Source: Longimicrobiales bacterium (lineage in GTDB: Bacteria > Gemmatimonadota > Gemmatimonadetes > Longimicrobiales > Gaopeijiaceae). Taken from it: a stretch of 64,000 bases of DNA. The stretch covers positions 608,001-672,000 of the forward strand of contig CBDCNQ010000005.1 in NCBI GenBank assembly GCA_965219445.1, given 5' to 3'. The position numbers and the translations under genes were made by a program. Shown here one piece after another: positions 33,960 through 45,010 of the stretch. The notes under the pieces are model-generated. The model ran no database searches and was not told where the DNA came from. It saw only the letters and a program-made list of their open reading frames with translations. The stretch's first letter is position 1. Every line of letters begins with the position of its first letter.

Positions 33960-36181
33960 CGTGCCCCCTTCATCGGGTCGTAGTGGATGCTCCCCTCCGG
34001 CGCCACAGCCATACCACGAAGACGGGGCCAGCGCCTGATGTCGTGGCTCTTGGGCACAAGCATCGGGATGGTGAGTCGGATCAGTTCGGCCCGCGTGACG
34101 CCGTTCCACGAGCTTGGAAGGTCCTCTTCTCGAACCACGGGGAACGAAACCGAGCCATCGCGCAGCATTCCAGGCTCGGTACCGGCAAGGTCATCCGGGC
34201 TGAGCAAGGGCATAAGGCGCTCCGCGTAGGAACCGTCCTGCATCCCGGCAAGCACATCCGCGAGGTTGCGCTGAGACAACTCCTGGTCATCCAGAGGCTC
34301 GAGCTCCTCCGCTGCCCGCAACAAGGCCTCCTTGTCGTACGGCTGCGGGTCCGGCGGCTCGACGATCAGCGCGGGGCAAGCTTTGTCCGGCTCTCGACAA
34401 CGACGGTTCAGGCGACCCAGCCGCTGCACGAGTGACGGGAATGGGGCCAACTCTGAGATCAAGAGGGTGGCGCTGATGTCGAGCGACATCTCGCACACCT
34501 GCGTGGCAGCCACGAATGCCGGGCCGGGGCTCCTAAAGAGCTCCAGCACTTCATCTTGGATGCGCACTCGGTCTTCGTACTTGAAACGACTGTGGTAGAG
34601 CCGGGCCCGCGGACCCCACTCTGGACCCAGACGGTCGAACGCCGCGGTCGCACGCGCGACCGTATTCGCGACATACAAGACTCTGCCCCCGCTCTTGCGG
34701 GCCTGTTCCATACGCCCGGGAACCTCTTCCGAGCGTACCCGAGCGACCCGGTAGCGCACCGCATTCTCCATGGCGGGTTCTCCCCGGATTGGCTCCAGCG
34801 CCTTGCCACACGCTTGTTCGATGGCAGCCCTGCGTGCATCGGAAAGGCTCGCGGTCATCACGAGGCAGGACGCTTGGGTGCAGCGAAGAAACGCGAGGAA
34901 CGCGCCGAAGAGGTGCTCGTCGTAGCTGTGCACCTCATCGAACACGAATGCTGACTGCGCGAAGACAGGGATGGCGGCAAGAGCGGGTCGCCAGCACGCG
35001 AGAAGTGAGAGCACCGAATCCACCGTACACGCCACGACCTTCTTTCCCCAGAGGTCCAACACATCGGCGACCCAAAGCGAATCCCGTTCATCATCCGCCG
35101 CACCGTTATCGAGGATCTGTTCGATGTCCGCCGATGCGCGGCTGTGCATGAGCGCACGCTCAAGGTCAGTCTGGGCGAGGAGGTAGTCTTGAAACCCGGC
35201 TGACGTCGTGCCAGTCGTGGGATAGCAGAACACGAGTCTCTGCCCGGCTGCGTGCCGCCGCCCCCACATGTAGGCGGCAAGAGTCTTTCCGTTGCCACAC
35301 CCGGCCTCGACGAGCGTCACCCGCTCGTCGGACGCCGCCACGATCTCCTGAAACGGGTAGGGTGAATGGTCTCCCAAGCGTGCATCCACGATCTGGTTGA
35401 GTTCACTAACAGTCAGTCCCTCGGAAAGCACGTGTTTGGCCCACCCGGCGGCACTGTCTCTCCCTCTGATCCGAGCCGAGCCGACCGTGTCCGCCGCGAT
35501 CAGAACCGCCTTGCAACAGGCAGCAAGCGGCACAAGCCGGCTCGGCACATCTTGCGGTTCCGCGCGCACAGCACCCTGCACGAACATGATGTATTCGAAG
35601 AGCAGATCCTCCCACACGGCTCTGGGGAGGTTGAGTCTGTCAGGCTCGGGAGTTGTCTCGGCCCCCGTGCAACTCGCGAGTTGCTGCCACAGGCGAGAGA
35701 GAGAGGGATGGTCGAGATACACGACCTCGTCACGCGGAGTCCGCGCCTCGGGTGCTGAAGGTGATGCGCGAACGTGATGACCCATCACAGCGGTGAGCAC
35801 AGCCGCCCTGGCACGAGTGTCGCGAAGCATGTGCCCGATCCAAGACCCTAGACCGTTAGGCTCCATGCACACGGCGACGGAAAGCGCCTCGTGCCTGAAC
35901 GGATGAATCTCGCGCACATCCTCCTGCATCTGGCGCTGGAATGATCCTCCGGCCTTCCCTACATCGTGTATCAGCGCGGCAATGCGGAGCAGCGATCCGA
36001 GTCGGGCCTCGTCCGTGTCGTCCAGCCCGAAGAACACCGCAAGCTGGGAACCGGTCGCGTCGACGATCGCTTCCGCGGAATCCGCCACTTCGACGCAGTG
36101 GTCGGTGATTGTGACAGTCTCTCCCGACACCGTGGGACGCGACTTGGCAAGGAGCACCGCGAAAGGATGGATCTCAGGCAT
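33947..36181 (-). CDS. cas3: Cas3 HD nuclease-helicase
   Basis: DH, HDVGK, GCGNGKT, DEVH, TAS, YHSRF, QRLGRLNR. Confidence 0.95.
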   Translation of the reverse strand: MPEIHPFAVLLAKSRPTVSGETVTITDHCVEVADSAEAIVDATGSQLAVFFGLDDTDEARLGSLLRIAALIHDVGKAGGSFQRQMQEDVREIHPFRHEALSVAVCMEPNGLGSWIGHMLRDTRARAAVLTAVMGHHVRASPSAPEARTPRDEVVYLDHPSLSRLWQQLASCTGAETTPEPDRLNLPRAVWEDLLFEYIMFVQGAVRAEPQDVPSRLVPLAACCKAVLIAADTVGSARIRGRDSAAGWAKHVLSEGLTVSELNQIVDARLGDHSPYPFQEIVAASDERVTLVEAGCGNGKTLAAYMWGRRHAAGQRLVFCYPTTGTTSAGFQDYLLAQTDLERALMHSRASADIEQILDNGAADDERDSLWVADVLDLWGKKVVACTVDSVLSLLACWRPALAAIPVFAQSAFVFDEVHSYDEHLFGAFLAFLRCTQASCLVMTASLSDARRAAIEQACGKALEPIRGEPAMENAVRYRVARVRSEEVPGRMEQARKSGGRVLYVANTVARATAAFDRLGPEWGPRARLYHSRFKYEDRVRIQDEVLELFRSPGPAFVAATQVCEMSLDISATLLISELAPFPSLVQRLGRLNRRCREPDKACPALIVEPPDPQPYDKEALLRAAEELEPLDDQELSQRNLADVLAGMQDGSYAERLMPLLSPDDLAGTEPGMLRDGSVSFPVVREEDLPSSWNGVTRAELIRLTIPMLVPKSHDIRRWPRLRGMAVAPEGSIHYDPMKGARWQN

Positions 36182-36785
36182 GCTTCGGACGAATCGGCAC
36201 GAAGACCCCTGCGCCCATCTTCCGCTTCCCACCAAGCCCGCATTCTTGGATGAGCACCGAATCCGCTTCGCTCAGACCCGACAGTCGCACCGAATAGCCA
36301 ACGACCGTGTAACCCTTCACATCCATTACGCGACGCTTCTTCACCCTTACTCGAGAGTCCTGCACACTCAGGACTTCGAGTTGACGCTTGCACGCCTCCG
36401 CAAATTGGTCCGACGCATCCTCAAACCCCTTGATCGTGACTAAACGCGAGAACAGGTGCGAGGCTGGCCGAAGGGGACGAATCTCGGGCACTCCCACTTG
36501 GTAGGCCCGTCCGCCAATGTCCAGTTGTTTCCCCGCCAGTGGGATGGCCAGTGCGATTTCGTCGGTCGGCAACCGCATCACTAGGCGGCTGCCATCGGAA
36601 AGGGCGAGCGCGCCGTTCCCCAAGGGTGTGCCGCGAACCGGATGGACACCCCAGTCAGAAGCCTCGTGGAGGGCCGCAAGGCGCCTTGAGATCGCGGCAA
36701 AAAGGAGGTAGCCGTGATCTACGGGTAGCTCGGTTCCCCTGAGCCGGAACGCTAGGTCAACGAATTGCGGCACGTGATTCACCAA
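36174..36785 (-). CDS. cas6: Cas6 (Myxococcus-type)
   Basis: LPVDHGYLL; C-terminal GLGGKRKMGAGVF. Confidence 0.92.
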   Translation of the reverse strand: MVNHVPQFVDLAFRLRGTELPVDHGYLLFAAISRRLAALHEASDWGVHPVRGTPLGNGALALSDGSRLVMRLPTDEIALAIPLAGKQLDIGGRAYQVGVPEIRPLRPASHLFSRLVTIKGFEDASDQFAEACKRQLEVLSVQDSRVRVKKRRVMDVKGYTVVGYSVRLSGLSEADSVLIQECGLGGKRKMGAGVFVPIRPKHA

Positions 36786-36893
36786 AGCGCGCGCTCTTTT
36801 TGATGAGGCGGTGGCCGGGAGGGTGGCCCACCGCTCTTGAACTCTTCCGGCAGCGCCACGTTCGCTATGATGACGACGGGACGGGGCGACTGA

Positions 36894-37184
36894 TCACACA
36901 GCAGCCGATATCCGCTCCACGTGGATCCGTCCAGCCTTCTTCATTGCCTGCGCTAGATCGTAGGCCGATTGAAGGCGATACCAAGTCTCGGCACCACCCC
37001 CAAACGCCTTGTCCAGGCGGATTGCCATTTCGGGAGATATGCCCGAACGGCAGTTGACAAGTTCCGAAAGCTGCTTGCGGCTGACCCCGAGCTTCTGCGC
37101 TGCCTCTGTCACACTGAGACCCAACGGCTCCAGACAATCATAGCGCACTGAAAGACCCGGATGAGGTGGATTCTTCATCGGCAC
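36894..37184 (-). CDS. higA: HigA antitoxin
   Basis: [25 protein letters not shown]. Confidence 0.92.
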   Translation of the reverse strand: MPMKNPPHPGLSVRYDCLEPLGLSVTEAAQKLGVSRKQLSELVNCRSGISPEMAIRLDKAFGGGAETWYRLQSAYDLAQAMKKAGRIHVERISAAV

Positions 37185-37196
37185 GTCCCGATCCTC

Positions 37197-37475
37197 CTAA
37201 TGATAGTCAGTCAAGTCCACATTCCTAACGTCCCGCCCGTCGAAGCGGAAGACCACACGCCAGTTGGCGGATACCGTCACCGCCCAGTAGCCCGCGCGTT
37301 CACCTTTCAGTGAGTGGAGCCCAAAACCCGGCAAGTTCATGTCCTCAGGCTTGCCCGCCGCGTCCAAGCGGGCAAGGACACGCTCGACCTTGGTGACCAG
37401 TGTAGGCGCAATCCGCCTCCGGTCTCCCTTCTCGAACAAACGCTCGAGGCCTCTGTGGCGAAAGCCAAGTATCAT
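37197..37475 (-). CDS. higB: HigB/RelE-like toxin
   Basis: FRHRGLERLF, LHSLKG, VSANWRVVFRF, DYH. Confidence 0.92.
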   Translation of the reverse strand: MILGFRHRGLERLFEKGDRRRIAPTLVTKVERVLARLDAAGKPEDMNLPGFGLHSLKGERAGYWAVTVSANWRVVFRFDGRDVRNVDLTDYH

Positions 37476-37808
37476 GCATCAAACTGTAACCTACAACCTC
37501 TCAGGTGACAATACAACTCATGGTAGTTCCCGGACTCACCATTCCGGCCACTCCTTAGTGATCACAGTTACGGGCCGGAGCGACGCGGTCGCTGCTGCTG
37601 CCGATCACGACCGAGGCCACCCGCTGGTTCAAGCGGTCCTCCAGGAGCGGCTCAAGAACCCATTGGCGGAGGCTGGTCCGGCTCTAGTACGTGGCTGGAC
37701 CTCTTGGAATATCGCCTCGTTTCACGCGGTTGACACCGCCCGAATGGGGCTCCTCAATGTAGTGGTATGCAGATTTTGACGGCCCAGGGCTGCAGGCGTC
37801 GGTGGATG

Positions 37809-37935
37809 AGTTTGTTCGGCGCACGGGAGGCACGGGAGCCAGTTTGTTCGGCGCACGTAAGGCACGTAAGCCAGCCCACGCAGTGTTTAACACTGCGGTC
37901 TGGCAAGGGGATGCTCCGCCCCCCTTACACCCCCC
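37809..37935. repeat. Two 32-bp imperfect direct repeats running into an oriT-like motif
   Basis: agtttgttcggcgcacg..agcc at 37809 and 37841; taagccag-hairpin-ctggcaagggg from 37867. Confidence 0.55.
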
Positions 37936-38028
37936 AGCTTGCCGCGCCGCTGCCGCAGCAGCGGGCGGGCGGGGTGCGCCGCCCACCGAACCCCGCCGCC
38001 GGTGCGCCCGGCCCCGTGCTTGCGCTCC

Positions 38029-38802
38029 TTACGCGCGAAGTAGGTTTTGCGCCGTTCGGTCGCGCGGCGCGACGATGTAGCCATTTGCGTCTCCAATCAA
38101 CTCCCAGCCGAAGGGGTCATGCCACGCTAGCCACGCGGCAAGGGCGCATGTAAGCCCGTCGAGCGTGTCGTCGAGGCGTTTCAGGGCGGTGCCTCTCGCC
38201 ATCGCGGCGGTTTCTGGTGATAGGGCGTGCTCGACCTGGGGATTCTCTAGGACGCGGGGCGTCTCGCTTGCGATGAGTGTCCTCAAGTACTCCTGATACT
38301 GCCGCATGGCGTCCCGACGAAAACCGACGCTACGCCCAGTCTTGGGCTTGTAGGGAATCCGCTCGGCGATCTCGAAGAGGCGCACATGAATCGTGTGGGG
38401 ATAGACCTCGACCACGACGCGACCGTCGTGCTTTCCGCGGAGTAGTGCTTGCGGGTTACGGGTAAAGCCGCGCACCGCGAGCGCCTCACCGAGGCAGATG
38501 CCGGCCGTTCGTCCTTGCCTCACAGCGTAGTGCGCTTGATGAGGGGACGCCTTGTATCGTCCGAAGCGGCGCGCAATCTCTCTCTCTACCCACCGTTCGG
38601 CCGTATAGAGGACGGGCGCGTCGATCGCCACGATGGCCGATCCTTCAACCGCAGCTACCTCATCCGCGAGGCTCTCGACGCTGCGCACGTCGGCTCCGAT
38701 GCGCGTACAGATCAGGTCAGTTGGTGTTTCTCCCTCGAACCAACAGATGCCGGTTTCTTTGTGGCTCGTCCAGGCTAGGTCGAGGCCGATAAAGTTCGCC
38801 AT
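38029..38802 (-). CDS. DUF429 predicted nuclease (RNase H-like fold)
   Basis: FIGLDLAW, VAIDAP, VEVYPH, DDTLDGLTCA. Confidence 0.85.
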   Translation of the reverse strand: MANFIGLDLAWTSHKETGICWFEGETPTDLICTRIGADVRSVESLADEVAAVEGSAIVAIDAPVLYTAERWVEREIARRFGRYKASPHQAHYAVRQGRTAGICLGEALAVRGFTRNPQALLRGKHDGRVVVEVYPHTIHVRLFEIAERIPYKPKTGRSVGFRRDAMRQYQEYLRTLIASETPRVLENPQVEHALSPETAAMARGTALKRLDDTLDGLTCALAAWLAWHDPFGWELIGDANGYIVAPRDRTAQNLLRA

Positions 38803-38965
38803 TCGCAACCTTCTCCAATACGTTCGTGTGGCATCACCGCATAGCCGCTCATGTTGCCGCCGCTCTCCGACTCGCCGCCACAGCGCCAACCCCAGGTCGC
38901 CAGCACGTAGGAGTGGTCCCGGACTGCGGCGATCCACCACGCGGCTCGCCCGCGGGTCGCTGCAA

Positions 38966-39119
38966 CCTATGGCTTGCGACCTCCTGCCGGCGAGGTACGC
39001 CGCCCAGGCCGCCGGGACCGCGTGCGGGCAGCGCTCGGGTGCGGGCATTCGGCTTGAGCGGCACGCAAGGCATGACGGCGCTCTTCGGCCGCCAGGCGCT
39101 GAAACAGTGCTTCAGCCAT
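38966..39119 (-). pseudogene. AbiEii-like 5' stub joined to the 3' end of a P4-like integrase
   Basis: MAEALFQRLAAEERRHAL overlaps the antitoxin stop; then AAWAAYLAGRR, like the integrase C-termini. Confidence 0.5.
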
Positions 39120-39696
39120 GCGCCAGACGCGTGGTCAGCGGCTCCGCCATCCACACCGGCATGACGCCCCGCGCGACCGCAAGCTCCTCGAGGTCTTCCT
39201 CCGAGAGCTTGGGCAGGATCGCGTCGAGGCTGTCTTCGACCTCTTCGGGGCCGAGCCATGCCAGGGCACGGATCACCACTCCCGCCATCCTGTGCGGAGC
39301 CGCCAACTGCCAGCGCGGAGCGTGGCGCAGCTCGACGGGATGCTTGCCGAAGCGCAATCGCCGACTGCGGCCGGAGGTGAGATAGACCGAGCGGACGGGA
39401 TTCTGCGTCGTCAAACCAAGCCAGTTGGCCGCGCCGCCTCCGTTCGAGACGATCGTCTCGCCCCAGAGCTCCGAGAGCGCCAGGAGTGACTTCTCGGTGC
39501 CCGGCGCACACCGCCCCAAGCGGGTCTCGATCGGGCGCATGTAGACCCCTTGGCGGATCCGCATGAGCCGGCCTGAACGGGCCAGGCGAGAGAGCGCCTG
39601 ACCCACCGCGGCCCTTTGGCCGAGGTGAAGCAGGGCCGCCGGGCAGATCGGCGTGGCCTCGGCGTGTTCCATGATGCGCTCGGGCAGGCTCTTCAT
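39112..39696 (-). CDS. DUF6088/AbiEi-like type IV antitoxin
   Basis: ALSRL..GRLMRIRQGVY, AANWLGLTTQNP..VYLTSG. Confidence 0.85.
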   Translation of the reverse strand: MKSLPERIMEHAEATPICPAALLHLGQRAAVGQALSRLARSGRLMRIRQGVYMRPIETRLGRCAPGTEKSLLALSELWGETIVSNGGGAANWLGLTTQNPVRSVYLTSGRSRRLRFGKHPVELRHAPRWQLAAPHRMAGVVIRALAWLGPEEVEDSLDAILPKLSEEDLEELAVARGVMPVWMAEPLTTRLAHG

Positions 39697-40041
39697 GGCT
39701 TTCTCTCTCCGCGTCACAAATCGAGCCACAAAGTCCTGTTCGGAGCGACGCTCTCGAAGCCCTTGATCCGTTGCCGCGGCAGGCACGGCACGCCGCTCGG
39801 CGACCGCCCCGCGCCCCGGCATGTGAAACCTGTCACTTCCGTGTGGGCGACGCCAAGTCGGCCGTGCCCGGGCCGACGTCCCGGTCGAGCCCTAAGACCC
39901 TTGACGGGAACCTCTGGCGAGCACTGCGGAGGGTGTGTCTGCCATGCCACTGGCGGAGCCATCCAACAGCTCGTGTACCGTACTGGCTATCTCTAGCCGT
40001 TACAGTCATTTAGGAGATTTCCTAAGAGTTGACTTCCTTGC

Positions 40042-40602
40042 ATGCGGGTCTTCACCGTTGTGGCCATGGAGGCGCGGAAGCAGCAGTTCAAGTCGGCGGT
40101 GAGCGATGCGATCGTTCACCTCCAGGGAAGCGAAGAGGCGCTCGCGCCATTCGGCTGGACGGGAGAAAAGGCCGGGTGGATCGCGTTCGTCTGCCTCCAC
40201 AGCGGCGCGTTCACCCGCGTCCAGTGCGCGCGATTCCTCGATGCACACCCGGAACAGGTGCGGCGCGTCGTCCACGCGCTGATCGCGCAGGGCCTGGCCG
40301 CCGAGGACACCGTGCCCGGCATCCGGGGGATCGGCCGCGTGTGCCGCATCTTCTCCCGGCGGATCTACCGGGCGCTCGGAGCCGAGCACATCCGCCACCG
40401 CCGCGACGCCTCGCCCGCCGTACTCATGCGGTGCCTGCTCTCGCTCGACTACGTGATCGAGCATCCCGGCTTGCCTTGGCTGGCCACCGAAGCCGAGAAG
40501 GTCGCCGCGTTCGAGGCCCTCGGCATCGAGCGCCGGCTCCTGCCCTCGCGGCTCTACCGGGGAGCGGCCGGGAACCTCCGGCGCTACTTCCCGCTCAAGT
40601 AG
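40042..40602 (+). CDS. Hypothetical protein, possibly 3'-truncated at the integrase leader
   Basis: 186 aa coherent ORF; its 3' end also forms bases 1-23 of the window. Confidence 0.55.
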   Translation: MRVFTVVAMEARKQQFKSAVSDAIVHLQGSEEALAPFGWTGEKAGWIAFVCLHSGAFTRVQCARFLDAHPEQVRRVVHALIAQGLAAEDTVPGIRGIGRVCRIFSRRIYRALGAEHIRHRRDASPAVLMRCLLSLDYVIEHPGLPWLATEAEKVAAFEALGIERRLLPSRLYRGAAGNLRRYFPLK

Positions 40603-41911
40603 CGTAGTATGATCGTCCATTTCATCCCATGCTGTCCCATAATGTACCATAACTCGGGTTATATCAACGCTATACAGCACGTATGGACCGTGTTCACAGA
40701 CTCCCTCTTGCGCCGATTCGTACCGTGTTGTACCATGGTGTATCCGTCGATATGTGATACACAAGTAGGACACCATACATGCGTAAACGACCGCTTACGG
40801 CTGTCTTCGTGGCACGGGTGACGACGCCGGGACGCTACGGCGACGGGGGGCGCGGCGGACTCGGGCTGTACCTCCGCGTCCACCGAATGAAGTCGGGGCG
40901 CGTCTCCAAGTCCTGGGGCCAGCGCGTTCGAGCGGGAGGGAAGCCCACCAATCTCGGACTGGGCTCGTATCCGGTCGTGACGCTCAAGGAAGCGAGGGAG
41001 GAGGCGCTGGAGAACAGGCGCGCGCTCCATTGGGGCCACGATCCGAGAGCCGCCGGGGTTCCCACCTTCGAGGCGGCCGTCGAGAAGGTGATCGTGATCC
41101 ACTCGCCGACCTGGAAGAGCCCTTCCCGCATCGCCGGACAGTGGCGGCAGACGCTGAGGGACTACGCCCATCCGCGCATCGGCCGAAAGCGCGTGAGCGA
41201 GGTCGCGACGGCCGACGTGCTCGCGATCCTACAGCCCATCTGGTCAAGCAAGCCCGCAGCGGCGAGGGTCGTGCGTCAGCGGATCGGCGCGGTGATGAAG
41301 TGGGCCGTCGCGAAGGGCTACCGGTCGGACAACCCGGCGGGTGACGCCATCGCCGCCGCGCTGCCGCGGAACGGCAACGCCACCCGGCATCACCAGGCGC
41401 TCCCGCATGGCGAGGTGTCGGCGGCGCTGGTCAAGGTCCGCAACTCGGGGTCCCATGCCGGTGTCCGGCTGGCGCTCGAGTTCATGGTCCTGACCGCGAC
41501 TCGCTCGAACGAGGTCCGGGGCGCGACGTGGGACGAGTTCGATCACGATGTCTGGACCATTCCCGCCAGCCGCATGAAGGCGAAGCGCGAGCACCGGGTT
41601 CCCCTGTCGAGGCGGGCCTTGGAGATCCTTGAGGAAGCCCGGAAGCGCCACGACGACGGCGAGATCGTCTTCCGGGGCGCGAAGGGAGGAGGCATCAACG
41701 CCTCGCTGTTCAGCGGCTTGCTCCGGGGTCTCGGCATCGAGGGAACGCCTCACGGGATGAGGTCCTCGTTCCGCGACTGGTGTTCGGAGACGGGCGTGGC
41801 GCGCGAGGTGGCCGAAGCGGCGCTGGCCCATGTCGTGAAGAACAAGGTCGAGGCCGCCTACGCCCGTTCCGACCTGCTGGACCGGAGGCGCGAGGTCATG
41901 GAGGCCTGGGC
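40580..41911 (+). repeat. Long direct repeat, copy 2
   Basis: Matches 1-1332. Confidence 0.95.
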
Positions 41912-41963
41912 CGACTATCTCGCTGGCAAGCGTCGAGACCCGGAGGCCGAACCGATCCGTTGA
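40779..41963 (+). CDS. P4-like tyrosine integrase (second copy)
   Basis: Same as 200-1384 except within the last 16 aa. Confidence 0.93.
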   Translation: MRKRPLTAVFVARVTTPGRYGDGGRGGLGLYLRVHRMKSGRVSKSWGQRVRAGGKPTNLGLGSYPVVTLKEAREEALENRRALHWGHDPRAAGVPTFEAAVEKVIVIHSPTWKSPSRIAGQWRQTLRDYAHPRIGRKRVSEVATADVLAILQPIWSSKPAAARVVRQRIGAVMKWAVAKGYRSDNPAGDAIAAALPRNGNATRHHQALPHGEVSAALVKVRNSGSHAGVRLALEFMVLTATRSNEVRGATWDEFDHDVWTIPASRMKAKREHRVPLSRRALEILEEARKRHDDGEIVFRGAKGGGINASLFSGLLRGLGIEGTPHGMRSSFRDWCSETGVAREVAEAALAHVVKNKVEAAYARSDLLDRRREVMEAWADYLAGKRRDPEAEPIR

Positions 41964-41993
41964 GGCGCTGGCACATGACCGGTTAGAGGTCAT

Positions 41994-42115
41994 GAGCCAG
42001 CTTACCCTTTGGGGCCACGCTTCGCGGGTCCCCGGCAGGGGCTGGCGAGGGGCTGTGCCCCTTCGATCCCCCAGGGAGGCCCGCGCTCCGCTGCGGCGTG
42101 CGTGTTCGCCCAGCG
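41994..42115 (-). other. oriT-like motif
   Basis: gagccagcttaccc-hairpin-ggggctggcgagggg; tail shared with 3700-3772. Confidence 0.5.
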
Positions 42116-42540
42116 GCGGTCTGGTTCCGATCGTTGCCGATCGCTAGGAGCGGGTCGGTCGGATGGGACTTTCGGCGTTCGTTCGGATACCCTATCTTCG
42201 CCTCCAAAGAGACGCCCCCGGATAGTTCAGCCTTAACGGGATGCCTTGGTGACGACCGGCGAACCGCTCAGACAACGTAAGGCTCGTGGGGCCTTCTTGT
42301 TCAAGAATGAAAACGCGAAAGACCGGCGGTGGTTTATGAAACACGCGGCGGCCACCGCATTGGAGTCCGATCACGTCCAGACGGTAATAGTGATCGGAAG
42401 GAACATTGATCAAGACGACGCGGCCTATCACACTATCGCTCTATTCGGGGCTCCGGTGGACGCGCCCGATTAGCTTCGGACGTCCATCTGTCCAATGGGC
42501 GATGCCCTACCTCACAGGCCGATGGAGAGGTTAGAAGACA

Positions 42541-42601
42541 ATGTACGAAAAAGGGCAAACGGTATTTGTTGACTCCAACACGATGATCCAATTCGGTAAA
42601 T
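42541..42601 (+). pseudogene. 5' stub of a possible PIN-domain gene cut by IS3
   Basis: GGAGAGG RBS; MYEKGQTVFVDSNTMIQFGK resembles the PIN first-strand DxN motif. Confidence 0.4.
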
Positions 42602-44035
42602 TGAGGTGGTCCCGGTTTTTTGGACAGGTCGTTAAGGTGGATTCCAGAGCGGAAGAGGAGGCACCGAGATGGCCAGGAAGAGACGGCGGTTCACGGCGGA
42701 GTTCAAGGCACGGGTAGCGCTCGAGGCGCTGCGCGAGCGGGACAGCGTGCAGGCGATCGCGGCGCGGCACGAGCTTCATCCGAACCAGGTGACCACATGG
42801 AAGCGGCAGCTGCTCGAAGGGCTGCCGGAGGTGTTTGCCGGGGGCGCGGGCCGCAAGGCCGCCCTGGAGCACGAGGCGAAGATCCGGGACCTGCACGCCA
42901 AGATCGGGGAGCTCACGGTCGAGCGGGATTTTTTTCGGCGCGGGCTCAAGCGCTGAGCCGGGCGGAGCGGGGGCGGATGATCGAGCGGGACGGACCGCTG
43001 AGTCTTTCGAGGCAGTGCGCGCTGCTGGGCGTGAGCCGGTCGTCGCAGTACTACCGGCCGAAGGGGGAGAGCGCCGAGGACCTGGCGCTCATGCGGCGCA
43101 TGGACGGGCTCCACACGGCGTATCCGTTCTACGGGAGCCGGCAGCTGATGCGGCATCTGCGCCGCGAGGGCGTTGCCGCGGGCCGGCACCGGATCCGGCG
43201 GCTCATGCGCCTGATGGGGATGGAGGCGACCTACCGGCGGCCGCGCACGAGCGTGGCGAGTCCGGAGCACCGGGTCTTCCCCTATCTGCTGCGGGGCCTC
43301 ACGATCTCGCGGGCGGACCACGTGTGGTGCGCGGACATCACCTATGTCCCGGTGACGCAAGGGTTTTTCTACCTGGTGGCTGTGATGGACTGGGCGACCC
43401 GGCACGTGCTCGCCTGGCGGCTGTCGAACACGATGGACGCGTCGTTCTGCGTCCAGGCGCTGGACGACGCGCTGGGCTGGAGGGCTCCGGAGATCCTCAA
43501 TACGGATCAGGGCTCCCAGTTCACCAGCGAGGCGTTCGCCGACCGGGTGCTGGGTGCGGGCGTGCGCTTCTCGATGGACGGCCGGGGCCGCTTCCTCGAC
43601 AACATCTTCATCGAGCGGCTGTGGCGGTCGCTGAAGTACGAGGCGGTGTACCTCTACGAGCTCCGGGACGGGCCCGACGCCCAACGCATCATCGGCTCGT
43701 GGATCGACTTCTACAACGAAGCACGCCCGCACTCGTCGCTGGGCGGACGGACGCCGGGCGAGGCCTATCGCGAAGGCGCGGAGGTGTGGTGAGGACGATC
43801 CGGCGCGACGCCACCCAACCGGCGCAACGACGCCTGCGATCGTCACGGGATCTACGCGCGGCCCTTCCCTCCGTCTTCCCATCGGGAACCAGTCCCGACG
43901 GGAAGGCGGAGGTTATATTCAAACCGGGCTCGAAGGAGAACACCCAGCCTCAAGCGGGACCCCGAGGGCTTTGGAGACCATCGGAATCCACCTTAAGATC
44001 GCCCTCGGACTGTCCAACGAAGTAGGACCACCTCA
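42602..44035 (+). mobile_element. IS3-family element (orfA 42669-42956; orfB about 42930-43792; -1 frameshift at T run)
   Basis: TG..CA inverted ends tgaggtggtcc / ggaccacctca; WCADITY, NTDQGSQF, DNIFIERLWRSLKYE; no flanking TSD. Confidence 0.95.
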
Positions 44036-44805
44036 CGGTACACGACGCAAGAGTGATTGAAAGTGAGTTGATAACGAAGCCAGCAAGCACGTTGTTGATT
44101 CCACATCAAATGAAGAGCATATTGGCCAAAGGAAAAGCCAAAATGGAAGTCGAGATATCATATGACTATCCGATCGGGATGGAGCCGAAAACGAGGCAAT
44201 TTGAGATTGACGTCTACTTGTTTCACAGTGTCGCAGAGGATGGAGAAGAAGGGACGTGTATTGAGTTGATGTCATCAAGGGATTGGTCTAGAGTGATATT
44301 CCTTGGCATATAGGAATTGCAGCTGATCGCAGGGTGTACACACGGTAATCACCTGACACACGGCCTCGCCGACGTCAGGGTCTATACGGCTGGCTTGACC
44401 TCCTTTCTGGTCGGCTTCTTCCGGTTCCGGGCTGAAGACTTGGCCGGGATTCCTGCCTTGAAGACCTCGTAGGGCATCCGCCTCTCAATCCCATGACCGC
44501 GGTGGGGGCTGCAAAGTCCAGCCGGCTCTCCACTCCGCGACTCGGCCACCAGACTTCTTGCGAAAGGGACCGAAGCCGCTCGGAGCCCGAAAACGGGCTC
44601 CACAAAGGGGCTCGTCAGCCCTCTGGGGTGCATTCCACGACCTGAATGCATTCCTGTCGGCCCGATTTTCCGCAGCCTGCTAGAACCCGAGGCCGCGCCG
44701 AGCCCACCGAAAGACTTCCGCTGATCCTCGAGCGCCCAGCCGATTCCGCTGCCTAGAACCATTAGCGGCTCGGCCCATAATCCCGCTCTCGCCCACGCTG
44801 GCGCA

Positions 44806-45001
44806 TCAGCTCCAGCGCCCGCGTAACGTCTCGGCGAGTGTCCTGTAGTCCTGGGCCAAGTGCGTCACTTGCGCGCTGAGCTGTTCGACCTGCCGCCGCA
44901 AGGTCTCGACCTGCGCGGCGTGCTGCCGCTGCGCCTGCTCGTACTGCGCGGACGACGCCCGCAAGGCCTTCGTCAACTGCCGTTCTAACATACGCGGTCA
45001 T
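44806..45001 (-). pseudogene. MbeD-like protein with a 4-bp insertion near the start
   Basis: Removing 4 nt near 44990 gives MTALERQLTKAL and also restores the relaxase frame. Confidence 0.55.
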
Positions 45002-45010
45002 AGAGCTCCT

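Noticed and set aside
27656..36785. CRISPR-associated transposon
   Set aside because: No TnsB/TnsC/TniQ and Cas3 is intact; nothing links the integrases to Cascade functionally
36790..36890. Degenerate repeat or CreTA-like mini-array upstream of cas6
   Set aside because: Only weak similarity (tgccggaagagtt) and no second repeat
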